In this document: positions 36,117 to 45,539 of the stretch, in pieces
Layout of the letters: each line of letters begins with the position of its first letter
How positions within the stretch are numbered: the first letter of the stretch is position 1
Source: an uncultured bacterium
GTDB lineage: Bacteria; Fidelibacterota; UBA2242
Assembly (NCBI GenBank): GCA_964576275.1
Contig: CAZNUN010000008.1
Location: forward strand, 32,441 to 96,440
Length of the DNA stretch: 64,000 nucleotides
Direction of reading: 5' to 3'
The notes under the pieces: generated by a model
Database searches by the model: none
What the model was told of the DNA's origin: nothing
The model's input: only the letters and a program-made list of their open reading frames with translations
Position numbers and translations under genes: made by a program

Positions 36117-36145
36117 TTGACTTTGGGTCGGCGTCAAGCTTTAAT
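36117..36145 (+). promoter_or_regulatory. Sigma70-type promoter candidate
   Basis: 'TTGACT'-17 nt-'TTTAAT', about 25 nt upstream of the 36169 start and just after the terminator. Coordinates +/-2. Confidence 0.35.
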
Positions 36146-36168
36146 TAAAGAAAATATAAGAGGGAAAA

Positions 36169-37155
36169 ATGAGTAAAATATTTATCAGCAATCTGAAAGA
36201 AAACGCCAACGTTATCTCCTATTTCGGGGTTTTTAACAAAACTGTCCGGCACACGAAAGACGACAAACTCTATATAGACCTGATTTTGGTAGACTCCAGC
36301 GGTAAAATCAACGCCAAAATCTGGGACGACGCTGAAAAATTATCCGCCGAATTTGATAGAGGCGACGCCGTCAAAGTCCAGGGAGTCGTCACCACTTTCA
36401 ACAACGAATTGCAGATCAAGATCGAAAAAATCCGGCGTGTAATTCCCGAGCGCGATCGTGCGGAAGGTTACGATGTCGGTGATCTTTTACTTAGCACGCA
36501 TAAAGATATTGAAACCATGTGGCAGGATATTCAAAACCGGATCGGTTCTCTGGCAAATCCATATTTGAAACAGGTCGTGGCAGGGATTTACGAGAAATAT
36601 GCTGAACAGTTACGCACGCATCCAGGTTCGATGATGCTGCATCATGCTTTTCGCGGCGGACTGCTGGAGCATTTATATACGATGAGTACGGTCGCCGATG
36701 GAATTTGTGGCGCCTATCCGGATCTCGACCGCGACCTCGTCCTGAGCGGTGTGCTGTTGCACGATGTCGGCAAACTGGTAGAACTGAACAGCGGCATTGC
36801 GACGGCTTATACCGACGCCGGGAATTTTATCGGTCATCTGGTTCTGGGACGCGACATCGTTCACGAACATTGTCAGGCGATCGCAGGTTTCCCGGAAATT
36901 TTGCGGTTGAAACTCGAGCATATCATCCTGTCGCATCAGGGTAAATATGAATTTCAGTCACCACGCGAGCCACAGTTTCCGGAAGCCATGGCGGTTTACT
37001 ATATCGATGAGCTTGATACTCGTCTGAACCAAATGAAAGGCGATATCGAGGCCGATCTTTCCGAAGGCAACTGGACGGCGAAAGGCGGCTATTTCAGACG
37101 GGCTTTATATAAAGGGACGAATATCTCGGGTGGTACTGAACTGAAAAATGAGTGA
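36169..37155 (+). CDS. OB-fold + HD-domain phosphohydrolase (YhaM-like 3'-5' exoribonuclease family)
   Basis: N-terminal OB fold ('LYIDLILVDSSGKINAKIWD...GDAVKVQGVVTTFNNELQIKI'). HD motif 'HHAFRGGLLEHLYTM...LLHDVGKLVEL'. Confidence 0.6.
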   Translation: MSKIFISNLKENANVISYFGVFNKTVRHTKDDKLYIDLILVDSSGKINAKIWDDAEKLSAEFDRGDAVKVQGVVTTFNNELQIKIEKIRRVIPERDRAEGYDVGDLLLSTHKDIETMWQDIQNRIGSLANPYLKQVVAGIYEKYAEQLRTHPGSMMLHHAFRGGLLEHLYTMSTVADGICGAYPDLDRDLVLSGVLLHDVGKLVELNSGIATAYTDAGNFIGHLVLGRDIVHEHCQAIAGFPEILRLKLEHIILSHQGKYEFQSPREPQFPEAMAVYYIDELDTRLNQMKGDIEADLSEGNWTAKGGYFRRALYKGTNISGGTELKNE

Positions 37156-37206
37156 ATTCTGCACTCTGCTGTGTAAATTGACGATAGGTTTTTAAGGAAA
37201 AATGAA

Positions 37207-37767
37207 ATGAATACACGCATCAGAAAGATCACCCATTCGGCTATTTTCATCGCCCTGATCGTTGGAGTCGGTTACGCACTGGCTTTTATCCCGAATATTG
37301 AGTTGGTAACGGCTCTGATTTTCCTGGCGGGGGTATTGATGGGCTGGAAATCCGGTTTGGTCGTCGGCGGAATCGGAGAATTTCTTTTTTCGGCGCTGAA
37401 CCCGCTTGGTTCCGGGCTGATCTTTCCGCCGATGCTGATCGCGCAGGTTCTGGCAATGATGATCGTGGGCGGCGTCGGTGGTCTGAGCCGCAAATTTATC
37501 CTGAGCTGGCAACCACGCGCGCTGAATTTTGTCGTCATCGCTCTTATTGGTGGGCTACTGACATTGTTCTATGATATCTGCGTTTCGCTGGCTTATCCGT
37601 TGTCGGCTGGGTTTAATATGCAGGGAGTGCTGACTACCTTGGCCGCCGGTCTGGCGTTCAGTTTAATTCATATACTCGTTAATCTGACCATTTTCGTGCT
37701 GCTGGTTCCGGTTACCGCGCTGCGGGTAGTGCGGGCGGTGCCGTATTTCCGAGAAAATGATCGCTGA
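37207..37767 (+). CDS. Small polytopic membrane protein (5-6 TM; ECF-S-component-like topology, function unknown)
   Basis: 186 aa. Glycine-rich TM helices ('GVLMGWKSGLVVGGIGEFLFSALNPLGSG'). Confidence 0.3.
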   Translation: MNTRIRKITHSAIFIALIVGVGYALAFIPNIELVTALIFLAGVLMGWKSGLVVGGIGEFLFSALNPLGSGLIFPPMLIAQVLAMMIVGGVGGLSRKFILSWQPRALNFVVIALIGGLLTLFYDICVSLAYPLSAGFNMQGVLTTLAAGLAFSLIHILVNLTIFVLLVPVTALRVVRAVPYFRENDR

Positions 37768-39523
37768 TATGAAACTATCCCGGATATGTGCTATTGTATG
37801 CGGAGTAATGCTGGCGGTCGGCGCAGCCCAGCCGGAGATTTCCGATACGGTAGCGACCAGTGCGACGGTCGTTCCGGCACCAGAAATCGGAGTTTATGGC
37901 CTCGGCGATCAAATTTTAATGGGCAGTAATTACACTTATCTGCCTTACGATGACTGGGGTGTCAAAGGCGCCCTCCAGGTTTTTGGTTTACCATCAACCG
38001 CATTGAAAATCAGCATCGGCGGATTGCAGATGTGCGATCCGGTGTACGGCCAGACGCCGCTGACCTGGTTTAATCCGCGCTTTGACCGGTTTATCCTGGG
38101 TTTGGTAGGCGTGAAAATCATTCCACGTTTTGTATCCAGCCAAAAAGTCACCTCCCGGTTCGATTATTACCGTGGTGATTATGGCTATAAAAATTTCAGC
38201 CTGTTGCTGGGTGGCAGAATGGTGGATACCACGGTAGTCTGGCGTTTCATTGGCGAGAACCTCGGCTATGACAGTTATTACGGCATTCTCGGAGCCAAAA
38301 CTGCCTTGACCGGCGAAAGCATTTCGCAAATCTACCGGCTGGACTTACAAACCGTTCGCGGAAACTGGCAACTCAATTTCAACGGCGCCTATTATAAATA
38401 TCTCCCGGGTTTCATTCAGACCTCGCCCAGTTCCACTTCGATTTACCTTTTGCCTTTTCTGGAAGGAAATGTAAAGGAATATATGGCTTGTATCGGCGGA
38501 AGCGCTGCAAAATCTACCGTCACCGATACGACTTTTATCGGTCTGCAACAAACCAACTTCGTTTACGGTCAATTCGTAGAGGACACCGATTTCAGTTTCA
38601 AGGGCGTCGCCGGTCAAACGGAAATGGCGTTTTACTACGCCAAATATTTCGGGCGCTGGCGTTTGGCTCTGATTGGTAATCCGCTGACCAGATCGGTCTC
38701 TCTGCGCAATGGTTTTTATTTGCGGCAGAATCAGATCGCAGGAGGAATAGGACTTTCGGCGACCCGGGCGAAAAGGGACTGGAAGATTATCCTGGGAGCG
38801 AACGGTTCGCATTTCGACGGTGAAATGTCTTTGCGCTATGAGATGAATCCGGTTAGCCGGCTCGGAGTACAGTTGCTCTCATCTTACGCGCTTTACCCTA
38901 TGATCTACAAAATGAATTTTGCCGCCAATCAGCCCATTACGGCTGATGGTTTTGAGTATGCAGTCGCTTCAGTGGATTTTGGCTATTCGGGGCGGTTTAT
39001 AAAATTGGGATTGGCGCTCAGCCAGGTCAATTCGGATTTTTATACTCCTTATAAATCGGTCATAGACGATACGACGATTACCTATAAGCGTCAGAAACTG
39101 GATGCGGTTTATTTGACTGCGAATGCCAGTTTGATTTTACCGTGGCGCATGCGTCTGACTGTGCGCAGTCTGCTTTCGGATAATGAGGATGGCGTGTGGT
39201 TGCAGGGCTGGGGGCAAATCCGGCAGGAGCTTGATTTGTTCAGGGGAAATCTGAAGTTGTACGCCGCCGGAGAAATGACTTACTGGGATTCGAATTCCCG
39301 TCTGGCTTGGTTTGAGGAATTGCGCGGTGTCGGCGTAGTCGGGGCGGATTATTTTACCAATAACCGGCTGAATCTGGCGGTCAGGATTGGCGGAAACATT
39401 GGCGACTTTCATATATTTTATGCGATTTACAATGCGGAAGGACGGGCTTTTTCGACCATTTCCGGTATGAATTACCGCAATCGTTTAAAAATTTTCGGAG
39501 TAGAATGGCAATTCCTTGACTAA
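37757..39523 (+). CDS. Hypothetical secreted/outer-membrane beta-barrel-like protein
   Basis: Signal peptide 'ICAIVCGVMLAVGAAQ'. 588 aa, aromatic-rich alternating segments. C-terminus 'FGVEWQFLD'. An alternative start is the ATG at 37769. Confidence 0.4.
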   Translation: MIADMKLSRICAIVCGVMLAVGAAQPEISDTVATSATVVPAPEIGVYGLGDQILMGSNYTYLPYDDWGVKGALQVFGLPSTALKISIGGLQMCDPVYGQTPLTWFNPRFDRFILGLVGVKIIPRFVSSQKVTSRFDYYRGDYGYKNFSLLLGGRMVDTTVVWRFIGENLGYDSYYGILGAKTALTGESISQIYRLDLQTVRGNWQLNFNGAYYKYLPGFIQTSPSSTSIYLLPFLEGNVKEYMACIGGSAAKSTVTDTTFIGLQQTNFVYGQFVEDTDFSFKGVAGQTEMAFYYAKYFGRWRLALIGNPLTRSVSLRNGFYLRQNQIAGGIGLSATRAKRDWKIILGANGSHFDGEMSLRYEMNPVSRLGVQLLSSYALYPMIYKMNFAANQPITADGFEYAVASVDFGYSGRFIKLGLALSQVNSDFYTPYKSVIDDTTITYKRQKLDAVYLTANASLILPWRMRLTVRSLLSDNEDGVWLQGWGQIRQELDLFRGNLKLYAAGEMTYWDSNSRLAWFEELRGVGVVGADYFTNNRLNLAVRIGGNIGDFHIFYAIYNAEGRAFSTISGMNYRNRLKIFGVEWQFLD

Positions 39524-39535
39524 AAGGAGGTAAAT

Positions 39536-40864
39536 ATGCCGGTACAAAATTACTCCCGATTTTTTCCTGTTTTGGTTGGATTAATTTTACTCAGTTCGGT
39601 GTTCGCTCAGACCGATTCCACGAGCACAATTGATATCTATCGCCAGGCTTATCAGTCGGCGTTCAAAGACCGCGAGATCAGCCCGGATGAGAGTAATCTC
39701 TTGAAGAATCTCCAGAAATCGCTGAACATCTCCGATGAGACAGTTCTTCGGATTCGACAGGAGACTGTTCAATTGGCTCCGCATATGCGCGATCAGTCCG
39801 GGCGTTGGCCTTTAGTGATGCAAAATATCGTATATGGAGTAGGATTGTACGGCTGGGGAATTCCGTATTTGCTGGACGTCGAGGATCCAAAATGGTATCT
39901 TGGTGGAGAAATGCTGTCGCTCGGCACCAGCTTTTATCTGACTTACCAGTTTACCAAGAACATGGATATTTCGCATGCCCGCGCCCAGATGCTGAGGTAC
40001 GGCTCGGTGATCGGTTTGCACACGGCCGCCGGCTTGGGCTGGATGGCGTTTCCCGGAGAAACAAAACTGCTGTTAGGAGGAATGATGTTAGGGGTTCCGG
40101 CCGGGATGATTATAACCGACCGGTTCTATCGGAAATGGCAACCAAGTCTCGGCCAGTCCTGGGCGCTTACGCAATGGGGTGAACTGGGTTACAGTGGGAT
40201 TAACAATCTGTATATGATGATAGATCCGCAACCGAAGGAACCGGATTATGAACTGGAATATGAAGAATATGACCGGGACATGGCGCGTTATAACGATAAA
40301 TATGAGCACTGGCAACGGCGTAAGTTATTTATCAGCGTCCTCGGTCATCCGCTGGGTATGGCGATTGAGCGGCGGTTTTACGCTGACCGGCAATATACTT
40401 TCGGTGACGGTCTGATGCTGACTAACGGCCGGTATTTCGGTTTGTTTAATGGTTTAATGATCTGGGATTTAATCACGCGGGATACCGATCAGGACGCCAA
40501 CCATATCGACGGTCTCATTGCCCGCACCGTAGGATCATACGCGGGCATGATTCTGATGGATCGCTATATCCGAAATCTGGATTTTACGACCGGTCAGGCG
40601 ATTCTGATGGCAACCGGTGAAATTGCCGGGGGGCTTTTTGCTGCCGGAATGGGCGTTATTTTTGAAGTCAAAAATGGCCGGATCATGGACCTGCTCGCCG
40701 TAGGTGGCAGCTGGGGCGGCATGCTGTTGACCCGCCGCATTTTAGATGTGCCGTCGGAAATCCAAGCTAAGGAGTCGGACAACCTGAACATTTCTTTAGC
40801 ACCAACTTTCATCCCGGTTTCCAACAAACTGATTCCGGGTATTAATCTCAACGTACATTATTAA
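39536..40864 (+). CDS. Hypothetical membrane protein (signal peptide, soluble N-terminal region, then multiple Gly-rich TM segments)
   Basis: Strong SD 'AAAGGAGG' 6 nt upstream. 442 aa. Confidence 0.4.
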   Translation: MPVQNYSRFFPVLVGLILLSSVFAQTDSTSTIDIYRQAYQSAFKDREISPDESNLLKNLQKSLNISDETVLRIRQETVQLAPHMRDQSGRWPLVMQNIVYGVGLYGWGIPYLLDVEDPKWYLGGEMLSLGTSFYLTYQFTKNMDISHARAQMLRYGSVIGLHTAAGLGWMAFPGETKLLLGGMMLGVPAGMIITDRFYRKWQPSLGQSWALTQWGELGYSGINNLYMMIDPQPKEPDYELEYEEYDRDMARYNDKYEHWQRRKLFISVLGHPLGMAIERRFYADRQYTFGDGLMLTNGRYFGLFNGLMIWDLITRDTDQDANHIDGLIARTVGSYAGMILMDRYIRNLDFTTGQAILMATGEIAGGLFAAGMGVIFEVKNGRIMDLLAVGGSWGGMLLTRRILDVPSEIQAKESDNLNISLAPTFIPVSNKLIPGINLNVHY

Positions 40865-40954
40865 ATGACTTGGCTGCCGGTCGGTCTGTCGAGGTTGGAG
40901 AGCAGACAGAATAGGCGGAAGATCATGTATGGGCGCAGCCCGCTGGGCCGCGGT

Positions 40955-41002
40955 AATCATTTATCGGTTTTCCAATTTGGGCACGGCTCGCCGTGCCCCT
41001 AC
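40955..41002 (+). repeat. REP element copy 1 ('aatcatttatcggttttccaatttGGGCACGGctcgCCGTGCCCctac'), downstream of the RAYT stop
   Basis: GC-rich 8-bp perfect palindrome with a 'ctac' tail. Preceded by a second imperfect GC palindrome 'gggcgcagcccgctgggccgcgg' at about 40931-40953. Coordinates +/-2. Confidence 0.6.
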
Positions 41003-41010
41003 ATTTATTC

Positions 41011-41700
41011 TTAAAATTCATTCAGAAACCTTTCCCAGAATTTCTTCTTTTCATAAATCGGTATTTCGTTGTGGTTCTCACGGTCATATTCCCATTGGGG
41101 CGGATTGTTGATGATATACCGTCGAATTCTGTTCAATTCCTGTTCATTGCGGATAACATGTTCGTAATAATTGCGTTGCCAGACGGAATTGCCGGGTGTA
41201 TGGCGCAGGACATTGATACGTTTGGTAACGGCTGATTTAAACGATCGAACAATTGTAGGAATAGACATCGCGACTGGTCTTTGAAAACGTTCTACCGTAG
41301 TAGGGGCACAGCGAGCTGTGCCCATTGCATTTTCATTGGTATTATCACGGACACGGCAATCATTTATCATTTTTCCAATTTGGGCACGGCCCGCCGTGCC
41401 CCTACGATCATCATTAATAAAAAATATTATATGGACATGGTTTGGCATTATGACATGTTTATCGATGGCGATATATTCTCTTATCGATTCGGTTCTTTTT
41501 ATTTCCTCTTCAACAATCCTGCCCATTTCATTCAATACCATTTCACCATCTACAATCTCACCCAATAACGGCTGCCGGTCGTGGGTGCAAATCGTCACGA
41601 AATACGCCCCCGCCCGGGAATAATCAAATCCCTGCAAACGGATGGAACGACGCTTTATTCTTTTCAAGTCGATGATGATTTCCTTTCCCGGGCAATTCAT
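41011..41700 (-). CDS. REP-associated tyrosine transposase (RAYT; IS200/IS605 TnpA-like HuH enzyme) with a ~37-aa in-frame insertion encoded by two REP copies
   Basis: 'RLQGFDYSRAGAYFVTICTHDRQ' (RAYT N-terminus), 'MPNHVHIIFF' (HuH) and 'NSVWQRNYYEHVIRNEQELNRIRRYIINNP' (catalytic Tyr region). The HuH-to-Tyr spacing is ~82 aa. The segment 'RRGTAGRAQIGK...AMGTARCAPTT' is the translation of REP copies 3 and 2. Confidence 0.75.
   Translation of the reverse strand: MNCPGKEIIIDLKRIKRRSIRLQGFDYSRAGAYFVTICTHDRQPLLGEIVDGEMVLNEMGRIVEEEIKRTESIREYIAIDKHVIMPNHVHIIFFINDDRRGTAGRAQIGKMINDCRVRDNTNENAMGTARCAPTTVERFQRPVAMSIPTIVRSFKSAVTKRINVLRHTPGNSVWQRNYYEHVIRNEQELNRIRRYIINNPPQWEYDRENHNEIPIYEKKKFWERFLNEF
41300..41323 (-). 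repeat. REP element copy 2 (inverted orientation; 'gtagGGGCACAGcgagCTGTGCCC'), inside the RAYT ORF
   Basis: Same core with G>A / C>T compensatory changes that preserve the stem. Coordinates +/-2. Confidence 0.6.
41358..41408 (+). repeat. REP element copy 3 ('aatcatttatcatttttccaatttGGGCACGGcccgCCGTGCCCctac'), inside the RAYT ORF
   Basis: About 45/48 identical to copy 1, including the 5' AT-rich arm. Coordinates +/-2. Confidence 0.6.
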
Positions 41701-41708
41701 GTCATTGA

Positions 41709-41734
41709 TCCCGCATCGCGGGGAATTGCCCCTA
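41709..41734 (+). repeat. Degenerate REP-like element ('cccgcatcgcggggaattgcccctac') just upstream of the RAYT start
   Basis: Palindrome 'cccgc-atc-gcggg' plus a shared 'gcccctac' tail. Coordinates +/-2. Confidence 0.4.
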
Positions 41735-41795
41735 CGGAATCGGCACGATATACCGCGCTGCTACTTATTGAACGTCCTCCATGAAGGTTATCTCT

Positions 41796-42779
41796 TTATC
41801 GACACTCATTAATCAGAAAATCCCGATCGATAATGATTTTTCGGCTGGCTGTTCGCCAGAAGGCGCCCAAAATGCCACTGCCATTTTCGACATTGGAATA
41901 AACCTGAAGCGGAGCATTGAATCCGCTCAGTTCATCGGGCTGAACTTCCCAGCGCTGAATATTATACAGAGCTTCGTTCAATGAGTAAACGTAAAATCTC
42001 AAATAAAAGGAAGTGAACTGGCTCAGATCACCGATTTTATATTTATCTTCATCATAACAAAATTTAATCTCTTTTAACATAGTATTTATTTTATACCCGG
42101 TCGATGTATCTTGACGGGGATAACCGGAGGAAGATGAGTATACTCCATCGCCTTCATCAGTAAAATCTGAATGTATCTGTAAACTCCAATATTTTCCAGT
42201 ATCATTAATCGCTACAAAAGATAGTAATGGTAAATATCCCTTGGCTCCATCTGCCTGAGTCCATGAAAAGTTTAAGTCTTCAGAAGCGTTCCTGATTGTA
42301 TCTGGTAAATCTATAAACTCCACGGAATCCGGCACCACCGTTTCCGCATAGAGACTGTCGTAATCCGGATAATAGGCCGATAATTCCCAATGCTGTCCCG
42401 GATACACATCCACATTTGGAAATTGGTAGTAGTAGTAGTGAGTACAAAAATCCCAAGTAGATTCATACTCTTTAACGGAATCTTCCATAACAGGTAAGTA
42501 ATTTCCATTGACTGCAATTTTTACTGTCGCTCCTGAAACACTCCAATAATCAGGGTATTTTTTATAATCAGAATATGAATACTCATTCTCATACTCATAC
42601 TCACTTAATTCATTCCACTTCGAGACAAATACTTTCAAAGAATCTTCAAAAGGACTGATTAAGCAATTCACAGATAAATTCTTACTAATATCAGTATCTG
42701 GCCCGGTTGGTGGTCCGGCGGGACAGCGCCATAATAAAGGCAGTAGAAAAATTACGAAAAATAATCCGCGTTTTACCAT
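41796..42779 (-). CDS. Secreted protein encoded downstream of the TonB-dependent receptor (DUF4249-like position)
   Basis: Signal peptide. Start 1 nt after the receptor stop. Same gene-pair architecture as 45540-48642. Confidence 0.4.
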   Translation of the reverse strand: MVKRGLFFVIFLLPLLWRCPAGPPTGPDTDISKNLSVNCLISPFEDSLKVFVSKWNELSEYEYENEYSYSDYKKYPDYWSVSGATVKIAVNGNYLPVMEDSVKEYESTWDFCTHYYYYQFPNVDVYPGQHWELSAYYPDYDSLYAETVVPDSVEFIDLPDTIRNASEDLNFSWTQADGAKGYLPLLSFVAINDTGKYWSLQIHSDFTDEGDGVYSSSSGYPRQDTSTGYKINTMLKEIKFCYDEDKYKIGDLSQFTSFYLRFYVYSLNEALYNIQRWEVQPDELSGFNAPLQVYSNVENGSGILGAFWRTASRKIIIDRDFLINECR

Positions 42780-45043
42780 AACTTCCCCCTTAACCCGATT
42801 GTCGCCAGCGGCGGCATCTGAATCCAGATATCATCATGTTCGGCATAGGCCAGGACATTCAGACGGGCATAAATATTGGCTAAATCAATATAAAATTCCA
42901 TCGGGTGCGATCTCCAGCTGTATTTTTTGATAAAGTTAATATCCAGCCGGTGATAATCCGGATAACGCCAGGCGTTCCGCTCTCCATAGACTTCAATTTC
43001 CCAGGGATAACCGCCTGTCAGAAAATCCTCATAGAGCGGTTGCCGCATATACCCGATGATCTGGGTAAACGGCGTTCCGGAGTGATAGACAAAACGACTG
43101 CCTACTGACCACTTTTTGGTGAGTTGATAATTCAGAACCAGATCGAGGTCATGCGGACGATCGTATTTGGGCGGATAGGTAATGCCATTGACCGTTTTTT
43201 CAACCTGCGAATATGAATACGACAGCCAGCCCTGCATTTTCCCGACATTTCCTTTCAGCAGGATCTCCAGGCCATTGGCTAGGCCGGTGCCGTCCACGAA
43301 ATCCGGATCGATGGGCGAATACTTGGTGGTATTATATTCCACAATATGATTAAAACGTTTTTGATATAACGCCAAATCCAGGGCGAGATTGCGATGGATT
43401 TGCCACCGATAACTAAAAGCCAGTTGCTCTGCCGCCATAACCGGCAGATTTTCCGGGACCGTCACCCAGGCGTCGAACATCGACAGGATGATTTCTTCCG
43501 TGCCGATGGTCATCAAATCCTGGTGATATTTTCCCCAATGCAGTTGAATTTCGTGAGATGGAGTGATTTTCCAGCCCAGGGATAATTGCGGCGCGAATGT
43601 TATTGTATCCTGAATTGAAAAATGCGTCATGCGCAGATCGCCGCCAATATTGAACAGCGCTCCCAACTGGCGATTAATGCTGAAAAAGGCTGAATTTTCG
43701 AGGGATTGGTTTTTCTCGAAATAGATCGGCTGATAGCTGAATCCCTTGGTCTTCAGGTGGTAATCATTGGCGCAGAATTCGGCCCCGGCCTTGATCTGTC
43801 CAATAATAGCATTTTCATACCGGAAGTGAGCGTTAATCGTCTTACCGGTAAAGATATTATCGATCATTTCAGATTTCCCTGTATCTGCGGGAACCCATTC
43901 GGCCCGGAACCGGCTGACACTGCCGTGCAGATAAAAAACCATTTGCGGATTGATGACATTGGAATAATTAAAACCAAGCGCCATATTCTGCCAGTTATAA
44001 ACCCCCGAACTGTCATCTCCATCGATCACGCGCATATCGTAAACATCTTTTCCGATATAGGTGGTGATTTCCAGGCGATTCCGGTTACCGGGTTTAATGA
44101 CGATTTTTCCCATTCCATCGATGAAATAATACGGCAGTTTTATATCGGATGATAGGATTTTCGTTACAGTGTTGACAAACAAATCGGCATAAGTTCGCCG
44201 GATTGTGAAAAGATAACTACCGAACGGCAACGGCCCTTCCGCCCGGACTTTCGAACTCAGGAAACTGAGATTGACATAACCGGCATGTTCGGCAGAAGTT
44301 CCGTCCCGGACATTGACGTCGATAACCGAACTGAGCCGATTTCCATAGACCGGATCTATCCCGCTTTTAGAAACATTGACAGACTGAATCGCCGATTCGT
44401 CAAAAGTAGAAAAAATTCCTACCAGGTGAAAGGGGTTATAAATCGGCATGCCGTCCAGCAGGATCAAGTTTTGATCGGAGTTACCGCCCCGGATGTGTAA
44501 TCCTATGTTGTAGTCATTTACGGTTGTCACGCCCGGATAAGTTTCGATGACCCGGAACAGATCGGGTTCGCCGAGCTTCGGCGCCAGATTCAATTCGATA
44601 GAACTGATATTCAGCAGATCGCTTTCGAGTTCCCGCCTGAAGCGCCGCTCTCCGAATACCGAAACCGTATCGATCAAAACCGGCAAAGCCTGCAAACGAA
44701 TATCGATAAAACGATTGTCTCCGGCATTGATTTCGATGAACTCCTGATAAACTCCATATCCAATGTGGCTGGCAACCAGTTGATATTGGCCCGGTTCAAT
44801 CCCGGTAATCGAAAAATAACCGTTGGGATCGGAACTGCTTCCCAGGTTGGTATTTGCCAGAAAGACATTCACGCCCGATAATGGTTCCAGCGACTCAGCA
44901 ACCTTGACAGTGCCGGAAAGACTGGCGGCAAAGAGATATGTCGAACAGATTATGTTCCAGAATAAGAAAATCCAGATAAAATGAATAATCTTGTAGGGCG
45001 ATTTGGCAATTCGACCTACTTTATTTTTTCCAATCATCGTCAT
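42773..45043 (-). CDS. TonB-dependent outer-membrane receptor with an N-terminal carboxypeptidase-regulatory-like domain
   Basis: CarbopepD_reg-like 'SLSGTVKVAESLEPLSGVNVFLANTNLGSSSDPNGYFSITGIEPGQYQLVASHIGY'. Plug 'LHIRGGNSDQNLILLDGMPIYNPFHLVGIFSTF...GNRLSSVIDV'. 22-strand-sized barrel ending in W. Confidence 0.75.
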   Translation of the reverse strand: MTMIGKNKVGRIAKSPYKIIHFIWIFLFWNIICSTYLFAASLSGTVKVAESLEPLSGVNVFLANTNLGSSSDPNGYFSITGIEPGQYQLVASHIGYGVYQEFIEINAGDNRFIDIRLQALPVLIDTVSVFGERRFRRELESDLLNISSIELNLAPKLGEPDLFRVIETYPGVTTVNDYNIGLHIRGGNSDQNLILLDGMPIYNPFHLVGIFSTFDESAIQSVNVSKSGIDPVYGNRLSSVIDVNVRDGTSAEHAGYVNLSFLSSKVRAEGPLPFGSYLFTIRRTYADLFVNTVTKILSSDIKLPYYFIDGMGKIVIKPGNRNRLEITTYIGKDVYDMRVIDGDDSSGVYNWQNMALGFNYSNVINPQMVFYLHGSVSRFRAEWVPADTGKSEMIDNIFTGKTINAHFRYENAIIGQIKAGAEFCANDYHLKTKGFSYQPIYFEKNQSLENSAFFSINRQLGALFNIGGDLRMTHFSIQDTITFAPQLSLGWKITPSHEIQLHWGKYHQDLMTIGTEEIILSMFDAWVTVPENLPVMAAEQLAFSYRWQIHRNLALDLALYQKRFNHIVEYNTTKYSPIDPDFVDGTGLANGLEILLKGNVGKMQGWLSYSYSQVEKTVNGITYPPKYDRPHDLDLVLNYQLTKKWSVGSRFVYHSGTPFTQIIGYMRQPLYEDFLTGGYPWEIEVYGERNAWRYPDYHRLDINFIKKYSWRSHPMEFYIDLANIYARLNVLAYAEHDDIWIQMPPLATIGLRGKLW

Positions 45044-45046
45044 AGC

Positions 45047-45511
45047 CTATTTGAAGTAATACTTAATTCCTACACCAGTGTTCAGAAAACTAATTTCCTC
45101 TATTCCATCACCTACCCTTAAACTTGGTCCAAACTCCCCAAAAAGGCTCAATTTCTTATGAACTTTATATTCAACGCCGAGGATTATTCCCAGAAATAAC
45201 TCATCAATAAAGCCATGATAGGTAATATCCGGACCAATATAAGTTGATAAAGACTCATCCGAAGTTAATTTGACCTGAAAACTCAGACTTGACACTGTGG
45301 AATAAATAAAACCACCATCACTAAATTCCAGATACATTGAAAACCGTGTTCGAATTCTATCGGATACTCCATAAGAAATACCAATTTGTGGAATTATCTG
45401 GGCTTTGACAGTCAAACCTATTCGCCCTTTTTCCTGGGCATTGGTTGAACTATGCAGAGTCACTAGAATCGTAAAAATAGCCCATAATTGAAGAATCCGC
45501 TTACTTTTCAT
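45047..45511 (-). CDS. Small outer-membrane beta-barrel protein (OmpW/OmpA-barrel-like, 8 strands)
   Basis: Start trimmed to ATG 45511 (MKSKRILQLWAIFTILVTLHSSTNAQ), with 'GGGAG' 8 nt upstream. C-terminus 'GVGIKYYFK'. Confidence 0.45.
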   Translation of the reverse strand: MKSKRILQLWAIFTILVTLHSSTNAQEKGRIGLTVKAQIIPQIGISYGVSDRIRTRFSMYLEFSDGGFIYSTVSSLSFQVKLTSDESLSTYIGPDITYHGFIDELFLGIILGVEYKVHKKLSLFGEFGPSLRVGDGIEEISFLNTGVGIKYYFK

Positions 45512-45539
45512 TTTAAAATCTCCCTTATTTATAAAGTAA

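Larger units (their letters stand above)
40931..41734. mobile_element. REP-RAYT module: a REP-associated tyrosine transposase gene flanked by, and internally containing, REP palindromes
   Basis: See the repeat and CDS features inside this span. Confidence 0.65.

Noticed and set aside
40929-41623. Plus-strand ORFs overlapping the REP/RAYT locus (40929-41111, 40993-41235, 41281-41568, 41318-41623)
   Set aside because: They run antisense to or through the RAYT gene and the REP palindromes. The RAYT reading frame explains the region, with HuH and Tyr motifs in the correct order.
40955-41734. Possibility that the spaced GC-rich palindromes are a small CRISPR array
   Set aside because: The repeats are hairpin palindromes in mixed orientation with irregular spacing (~300, ~35, ~300 nt). 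They sit inside and around a transposase gene. That is REP/BIME behaviour, not CRISPR. No cas genes are present.
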